From Octopus sinensis (Eukaryota): a stretch of 15,067 nt of DNA. The stretch is taken from NCBI RefSeq assembly GCF_006345805.1, contig NW_021825547.1, positions 1 to 15,067 of the forward strand, written 5' to 3'. Every line of letters begins with the position of its first letter. The first letter of the stretch is position 1. The translations under genes and the position numbers were made by a program. Positions 9,577 through 15,067 of this stretch are shown in pieces. The notes under the pieces are model-generated. The model was not told the DNA's origin. It searched no databases and saw nothing but the letters and a program-made list of their open reading frames with translations.

Positions 9577-10302
9577 CAATACACAGACAAGCGCCATTCG
9601 ACTGATTGGCAGACACACTCCTGCCTCTGGCCCACCGACCTGCTGTCTACTCTCTCTCTATCATTTCTACCGCTACTATAACAGCCATGGATAAAGTGTG
9701 AAGGCGCGTGGTCTAGTGGTTAAGGTGTTGCACCCACAATCCGGAGATCAGGGTTTCGATTCCCAGACCGGTTCTTGAGCAAAGACATACACACAAAGCG
9801 CCATTCGACTGATTGGTAGACACACTCTGCCTCTGCCCACCGACCTGCCTGTCTACTCTCTCTATCATTTCTTCTACGCTACTATAACAGCCATGGATAA
9901 AGTGTGAAGGCGCGTGGTCTAGTGGTTAAGGTGTTGCACCCACAATCCGGAGATCAGGGTTTCGATTCCCAGACCGGTTCTTGAGCAAAGACAATACACA
10001 GACAAGCGCCATTCGACTGATTGGTAGACACACTCCTGCCTCTGGCCCACCGACCTGCTGTCTACTCTCTCTATCATTTCTACCGCTACTATAACAGCCA
10101 TGGATAAAGTGTGAAGGCGCGTGGTCTAGTGGTTAAGGTGTTGCACCCACAATCCGGAGATCAGGGTTTCGATTCCCAGACCGGTTCTTGAGCAAAGACA
10201 ATACACAGACAAGCGCCATTCGACTGATTGGTAGACACACTCCTGCCTCTGGCCCACCGACCTGCTGTCTACTCTCTCTATCATTTCTACCGCTACTATA
10301 AC
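9577..10302 (+). repeat. Tandem array of ~207-bp units (3.5 copies), each containing a tRNA-like SINE head
   Basis: Heads start at 9703, 9909 and 10116 (spacing 206 and 207). Each has A-box TGGTCTAGTGG and B-box GGTTTCGATTCCC. Confidence 0.95.
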
Positions 10303-10569
10303 GGTCTTTGTTCCTCAGTTCTGGCTAGTCTCGTACCGCCACTACTCAGGCACTCCCTCGTATCCCTTCCCTTATAGATAGGTCGCTCTCGAGCGCTGCA
10401 ACTAACATGTAACCCTGGTCGTATGATCGGTGCCTAAACCAGTAACCCCCGCCAAGCTTGCTTGGTGATGATCAGGCTGATGTACTGTACTCCCCGAGAG
10501 GAAGAAAAGCAAAACCCGTCAGAGGTAGGAGGAACTCAAGAGAGTCAACGGTCATGGATAAAGTCTGAA

Positions 10570-10700
10570 GGCGCGTGGCCTAGTGGTTAAGGTGTTGCAC
10601 CCACAATTCGGAGATCAGGGTTTCGATTCCCAGACCGGTTCTTGAGCAAAGACAATTTCCTGTTGCTACAGCTACTCAGCTGCAAATGGGTCACCTTGTG
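10570..10700 (+). mobile_element. tRNA-derived SINE (family C), parent copy of the array heads
   Basis: Same head with 3 substitutions, continuing TTCTTGAGCAAAGACAATTTCCTGTTGCTACAGCTACTCAGCTGCAAATGGG. No acceptor stem forms, so it is not a tRNA. Confidence 0.75.
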
Positions 10701-10945
10701 GCACAAGGGTAAGCGGGTGCCTCAGGAGAATCGCTCGAGCGGAGAACTCGTGAGCCATATTTATTACTTAGTGGTCGAAAGGTCGAGTAGCATAACCCAA
10801 ATTGTGAAACCCGACTGGTTGGTATTGGTTTTTCAAACACACACACACATACATAAATCTATATATACATATATATGTGTATGTGTATATATATATAAAC
10901 ATATACATGCACAACACAGAGAGACATTACATAATATATGTATAT

Positions 10946-11011
<66 letters not shown>

Positions 11012-11016
11012 GAAGG

Positions 11017-11067
11017 AGCTTCTACAGGACTAGAACTGTTTCATTCAAGAGAAATCTTCAGGAAGCT
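11017..11067 (-). ncRNA. Type I hammerhead ribozyme, canonical core
   Basis: Minus strand reads AGCTTC-CTGAAGA-TTTC-TCTT-GAAT-GAAA-CAG-TTCTAGTC-CTGT-A-GAAGCT. Stem I is 6 bp, stem II is 3 bp plus a U.U mismatch, and stem III is 4 bp. Predicted cleavage after GUA (N17 at 11023). Confidence 0.75.
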
Positions 11068-11340
11068 AGTTAACAAGAATTGTATTGGCATTTATACATT
11101 TAGGCAGGTTTAAAGGGGTGGTGGGGGACTTTTTGGGGGTAGGCATAGCGCAAAATATCATACTTGGGGGAGTGGTCAAGGAGTCAGTGTTAAATTAGAT
11201 AAAAGAATAATAAAAAAATAAAAAAATATATATAAAAAAAAGAATAGAGTTTTAGGTAAATAAGGAGATTCTCACTTATACCTATGCACATATGTATACA
11301 TATATACACACACATACAAACATATATACATATACATACA

Positions 11341-11553
11341 CACATGGTTCCGGGTTCAGTCCCACTGCGTGGCATCTTGGGCAAGTGTCTTCTGCTATAG
11401 CCCCGGGCCGACCAATGCGGTTCGGCAAAAGAGACCGATAGAATAAGTACTGGGCTTACAAAGAATAAGTCCCGGGGTCGAATTGCTCGACTAAAAGGCG
11501 GTGCTCCAACATGGTCGCAGTCAAATGACTGAAAACAAGTAAAAGAGTAAAAG
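11341..11553 (+). mobile_element. SINE family B, 5'-truncated and internally deleted
   Basis: CACATGGTTCCGGGTTCAGTCCC..CATCTTGGGCAAGTGTCTT..GGCCGACCAA is joined directly to GCGGTTCGGCAAAAGAG..CAGTCAAATGACTGAAAACAAGTAAAAG. Confidence 0.9.
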
Positions 11554-11974
11554 AGAGAGTATGTGTGTATGTATATACATACATACATATATACACGCAT
11601 ATACATACGCACACACATACATACATACAAACACACCACATACGCATACATCTACATGCAGATACACACACACTCGGACACACGCGCGCGCGCTACACAC
11701 TCACGCCCATGCAAATAGTTTCCTCTCGTTTTTCTTTTTCTTTCGACAGAAACGCCCTCAAGTCGAAGCCTCGTCTTGAGCAACAGCGGAGTAAGTAGTG
11801 CTGTTGTTGTTGTTGTCGTTGTTGTTGTTGTTGCTGTTGTTGTTGTCGTCGTCGTCGTCGTCATCGTGGCCTTGAAGAACATCTGATCAGAGGGGAGGGT
11901 GAACAGGGGCCTCTAGATGGTTCCTCGATCTGATAGACATAGAAACCAAATTACGCCTACTTTGGTACATGTCT

Positions 11975-12200
11975 GCATACATACATACATACATACATAC
12001 ATACATACATACATACATACATACATACATCATGCATACATACATACATACATACATACATACATGCATGCATACATACATAAATACATACATACATACA
12101 TATATACAAACATACATACATACAAGCATACATACATACATATATACAAACATACATACATGCATGCATGCAAGCATACATACATACATACATACATACA

Positions 12201-12234
<34 letters not shown>

Positions 12235-12356
12235 CATACATACATACATACATACATACATGCAAGCATACATACATACATATATATATACATACATACA
12301 TACATACATACATACATACATACATACATACATACATACATACATACATACATACA

Positions 12357-12388
<32 letters not shown>
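11975..12388. repeat. (CATA)n microsatellite, ~410 bp
   Basis: Direct inspection; explains six ORF-track entries. Confidence 0.95.
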
Positions 12389-12761
12389 CACGGCTATACA
12401 ATGCGCTATGTGAATAGTTGTCCCCCTTGTTTGCAAATCAGGAAATCAATTTTTAAGTTCTTGAAATTGTCTCCCCTTTTTCCTTGAAAGTCGCTAACAA
12501 TTTACCACTAGGTGTTTGTCCTCTTTGTCCAATCAAGAAGAAATTTTCAGTCATTTAACAATCGTCGTGTGTATATGTATGCATATATGTATGTACGTTT
12601 GTATTCTTATTCCTGGTAGAATTTATGTGGGTAGCGGATTACTACCTGTAATCTGGGGTATCTGCATGCTTTCAACTGCCTTTCAAGTGCTTAAAACCCT
12701 TCTGATAATCTCTTCTGTCCATAAGAGGCAATCTTTATGTTGTAGATCTACATTGGACATT

Positions 12762-12970
12762 GGCGGTGAGTTGGCTGAATCGTTAGCACGCCGGGCGAAA
12801 TGGTTGGCGGTGTTTTGTTCATCTTTACGTTCTCAGTTCAAATTCTGCCAAAGTCGACGTTGCCTTTCATCCTTTCGGGGTCAATAAAACAAGTACCAGT
12901 TGAATACTAGGGGTCGATGAAATTGACTCGTCCCCACCTTCTCCAAGCTCCTCTTGTGGAAAAAAATTGA
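12762..12970 (+). mobile_element. tRNA-derived SINE, family A, with (AAT)n tail
   Basis: GGCGGTGAGTTGGCTGAATCGTTAGCACGCCGGGCGAAAT..CAGTTCAAATTC..TTGCCTTTCATCCTTTCGGGGTCAATAAAACAAGTACCAG, followed by (AAT)n. Confidence 0.9.
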
Positions 12971-12971
12971 A

Positions 12972-13017
<46 letters not shown>

Positions 13018-13074
13018 TAATAATGATAATAGTAATAATGATTTCATTTATTTGTCACAAGGGCGAAAGATGAG

Positions 13075-13135
13075 GGTGGTGCTCCATCATGGCCGCAGTC
13101 AAATGACTGAAACAAGTAAAAGAATAAAAGAAAAG
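13075..13135 (+). mobile_element. SINE family B 3' fragment
   Basis: GGTGGTGCTCCATCATGGCCGCAGTCAAATGACTGAAACAAGTAAAAGAATAAAAGA. Confidence 0.85.
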
Positions 13136-13220
13136 AATAATTATAATAATATAGTAATAATAATAATAATAATAATTATTATTATTATTATTATTATTTT
13201 ATTATCATCATCATCACATT

Positions 13221-13254
<34 letters not shown>

Positions 13255-13385
13255 TATATTATTATTATTATTATCATCATATTACCTCATCATTATTATC
13301 ATATCATCAATCATTATGTTATTATTATTATTATTATTATCATTATTATTATTATCATTATTATTATTATTATTATTATCATCAT
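13135..13385. repeat. Compound (AAT)n/(ATT)n/(ATC)n microsatellite
   Basis: Direct inspection; source of the poly-I/Y/L stretches in ORF 13052..13612. Confidence 0.95.
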
Positions 13386-13699
13386 TCAACACCTGGTACT
13401 TTCAGCCAAAATTTCTTCTGCATCACCTGTTACACTTCCGTGTTACTGGGCTGTGTTCAGCATTGTGTGCCCTTTACTGTTATTGGAAGTGCGCAAACTC
13501 TTCCCAGTATCGTATTGTGTTAGTTTCTTTCTCCTATATTTTTAGGTGTGGTGCAGTCTTTTATTGTATTAGCTTTTTTGTATTATTGTGTGTTGTGTGT
13601 GTAACGCGTTGAGTAATTGGATTGCTGGTGGTTGTTTATTTCATTGGATATTTGCTGTAAAGAGTGCGTCTTATGATTGACGATTGTTTTGTATAAGTT

Positions 13700-13700
<1 letters not shown>
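13386..13700 (-). mobile_element. Highly degraded 3' fragment of an R4/Dong-like non-LTR element (tentative)
   Basis: Minus strand AAAACAATCGTCAATCATAAGACGCACTC can be realigned to KTI(P)VIIGAL, followed by a segment loosely like AHILRRVL. Flanked by (TTA)n on both sides. Needs several indels to align. Confidence 0.3.
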
Positions 13701-13752
<52 letters not shown>

Positions 13753-13754
13753 AG

Positions 13755-13849
13755 GATGAAATGTACCCAAGTTCTAGCGAGATATATGTTGATCATCCAG
13801 ATACGAATCCTAAAGTTCAGTATTCCCTTGTGAAGACAATTGGATCCGG
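13755..13849 (+). CDS. Candidate exon of a protein kinase (N-terminal edge of catalytic domain, STE20-like appearance)
   Basis: Acceptor ..TTATTAACAG at 13754, open frame DEMYPSSSEIYVDHPDTNPKVQYSLVKTIGSG, and GTATTC donor at 13850 splitting the second Gly of GxG (phase 2). Read-through (IHYL) is not kinase-like, as expected if an intron starts there. Confidence 0.55.
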
Positions 13850-14071
13850 GTATTCATTATTTACTGTTTTGCTACGAAGTTGCTTTTTCTATTATCACTA
13901 AGTCCTCTTTTCTATTGCTGTTGATGCTGTTGTTGTTATTATTATTGCTGTTGTTGTTGATGTTTTTCTTTTTGTTGTCGTGGTTGTTTAATCTTGAGTC
14001 AGACATTTCTGAGAAAAGTTTGGACATTTTTTATTGTAGCTCTCTTTGATAACGTATGACACTTATATATA

Positions 14072-14915
14072 CAGAGTGCGTAAGATATTTGAGGACAGAT
14101 TTATGTTTATAAAAGAACAGATATATAATATCTCTCTATATATAAACGGCAGTTTGTCTGTCTGTGTGTCTGTGTGTCTGTCAGGTTGTACCCTCACCCT
14201 GACAACAGCTTTCAACCGATTCTGATGAAACTTGACACACACATAGCCCAATGTCATAATTCAAAACTAACGCAGCTAAAATTTTGAAAAGTTTCCCCAG
14301 TTGTGAAAAATCGATAAATTCGACATGGGGTCGAGAATCTAAGCTTTTTATATGCAACACATTTTCTTTCTAGGGGACACAACTCGACCTTTTTATCGCC
14401 CAAAAAGACAGCTAGGAACATCGTATACACAGAAGTATTCGAGTGAAGAGAAGACATTGCAACCTACACATGCGCCTTCGTTCCTTAGAGGGAAAGGACT
14501 AGATTGGGATTAGTCGTTGCCTACTAGGGGCTCTTACATACCCGGGCAACGCCGGGCTATGCTGCTAGAAGATAATAAATTTATTTATCAAAAAATGCTA
14601 TGAGGATAGAAATAAATCTTTTCTAAAATATTATTCAATAAAGCCACCTTCAGCTTCAACAACTGCTTCTATATGAGATCTAAATCGTGTACATGCTCGA
14701 ATCAAGTGGTCCTGGTTCATTTTGGATATTACTCTGACTATGGCAGCTTTTAAAGGATCTTTGGTGTTATAGACATGTTCATTGACCTCTTTCTCAACAA
14801 CGCTCCACGTGTAATAGTTCTATGAATTGAGATCTGGGGAATTAGGAAGCCAAATGTTAGGGGTTATGTGATCATGAAAATGATCAGCCATCCATTCCTG
14901 TGTTACTAGAGCCAT
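14072..14915 (-). pseudogene. Tc1/mariner-superfamily transposon 3' part with decayed transposase (coding 14631-14915)
   Basis: Minus strand reads ALVTQEWMADHFHDHITPNIWLPNS/PDLNS*NYYTWSVVEKEVNEHVYNTKDPLKAAIVRVISKMNQDHLIRACTRFRSHIEAVVEAEGGFIE*, a decayed WPPNSPDLNPxD motif. It has a +1 frameshift in the G-run at 14836-14840 and a stop at 14820-14822. Probable terminus TA|CAGAGTG at 14070-14078. Confidence 0.88.
14131..14568 (+). mobile_element. Non-autonomous Helitron (438 bp)
   Basis: 5' A|TCTCTCTATATATAAA followed by (CTGT/GT)n. 3' hairpin CCCGG-GCAACG-CCGGG (14541-14556) lies 8 nt before the terminal CTAG (14565-14568). No TSD. Right flank is A rather than the usual T. Confidence 0.85.
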
Positions 14916-14919
14916 GTGT

Positions 14920-15067
14920 GGAGGTGCAATGGCCCAGTGGTTAGGGCAGCGGACTCGCGTCATAGGATCGCGGTTCGATCCCAGCCGGGCGTTGTGAGTG
15001 TTTATTGAGCGAAAACACCTAAAGCTCCACGAGGCTCCGGCAGGGGATGGTGGTGATCCCTGCTGTA
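14920..15067 (+). mobile_element. tRNA-derived SINE, family D (runs off window end)
   Basis: A-box TGGCCCAGTGG and B-box GGTTCGATCCC, followed by a non-tRNA body TTGTGAGTGTTTATTGAGCGAAAACACC. Confidence 0.85.

Noticed and set aside
9577-10302. CRISPR-like or tRNA-gene array
   Set aside because: Units repeat in full with no unique spacers, no cas genes are present and the context is eukaryotic. The heads cannot form a tRNA acceptor stem.
10345-10410. HDV-like ribozyme around TCCCTCGT
   Set aside because: P3 does not pair, and no P1 partner or P1.1 GG was found.
10477-10510. Hammerhead at CTGATGTACTG..GAAA
   Set aside because: Core is CTGATGT (A9 missing) and there are no convincing stems II or III.
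34-13612. ORF-track proteins with YIYI, YVCM, HTYI, poly-L, poly-I, poly-T or poly-P runs
   Set aside because: They are translations of microsatellites that happen to lack stops; no domain signal.
14920-14990. tRNA gene
   Set aside because: A and B boxes are present, but the cloverleaf is incomplete and the sequence continues into a SINE body.

Overview
AT-rich, microsatellite-saturated animal genomic DNA. It is most likely octopus (coleoid cephalopod), judging from the tRNA-derived SINE families, which I recognised from memory rather than by a database search. Almost all ORF-track entries are artefacts of simple repeats. The window is mostly transposon debris: several tRNA-SINE families, Penelope-like element (PLE) remnants including an RT fragment, a probable solo LTR, a TIR MITE, and a Tc1/mariner relic with a nested non-autonomous Helitron. 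Three signals stand out. (1) Type I hammerhead ribozyme folds from five unrelated PLE-type repeat families: a canonical-core copy inside a ~148-bp-arm palindrome (5250-5295), another canonical-core copy (11017-11067, minus), a G3:C8 core-covariant copy (7155-7199, minus) and several decayed copies. (2) A 207-bp tandem array that multiplies a Pol III SINE head, whose origin can be reconstructed from microhomologies. (3) A 95-nt candidate coding exon ending in a protein-kinase Gly-rich-loop start (YSLVKTIGSG), which suggests much of the window is intron or upstream DNA of a plus-strand kinase gene. All folds and alignments were done by eye.
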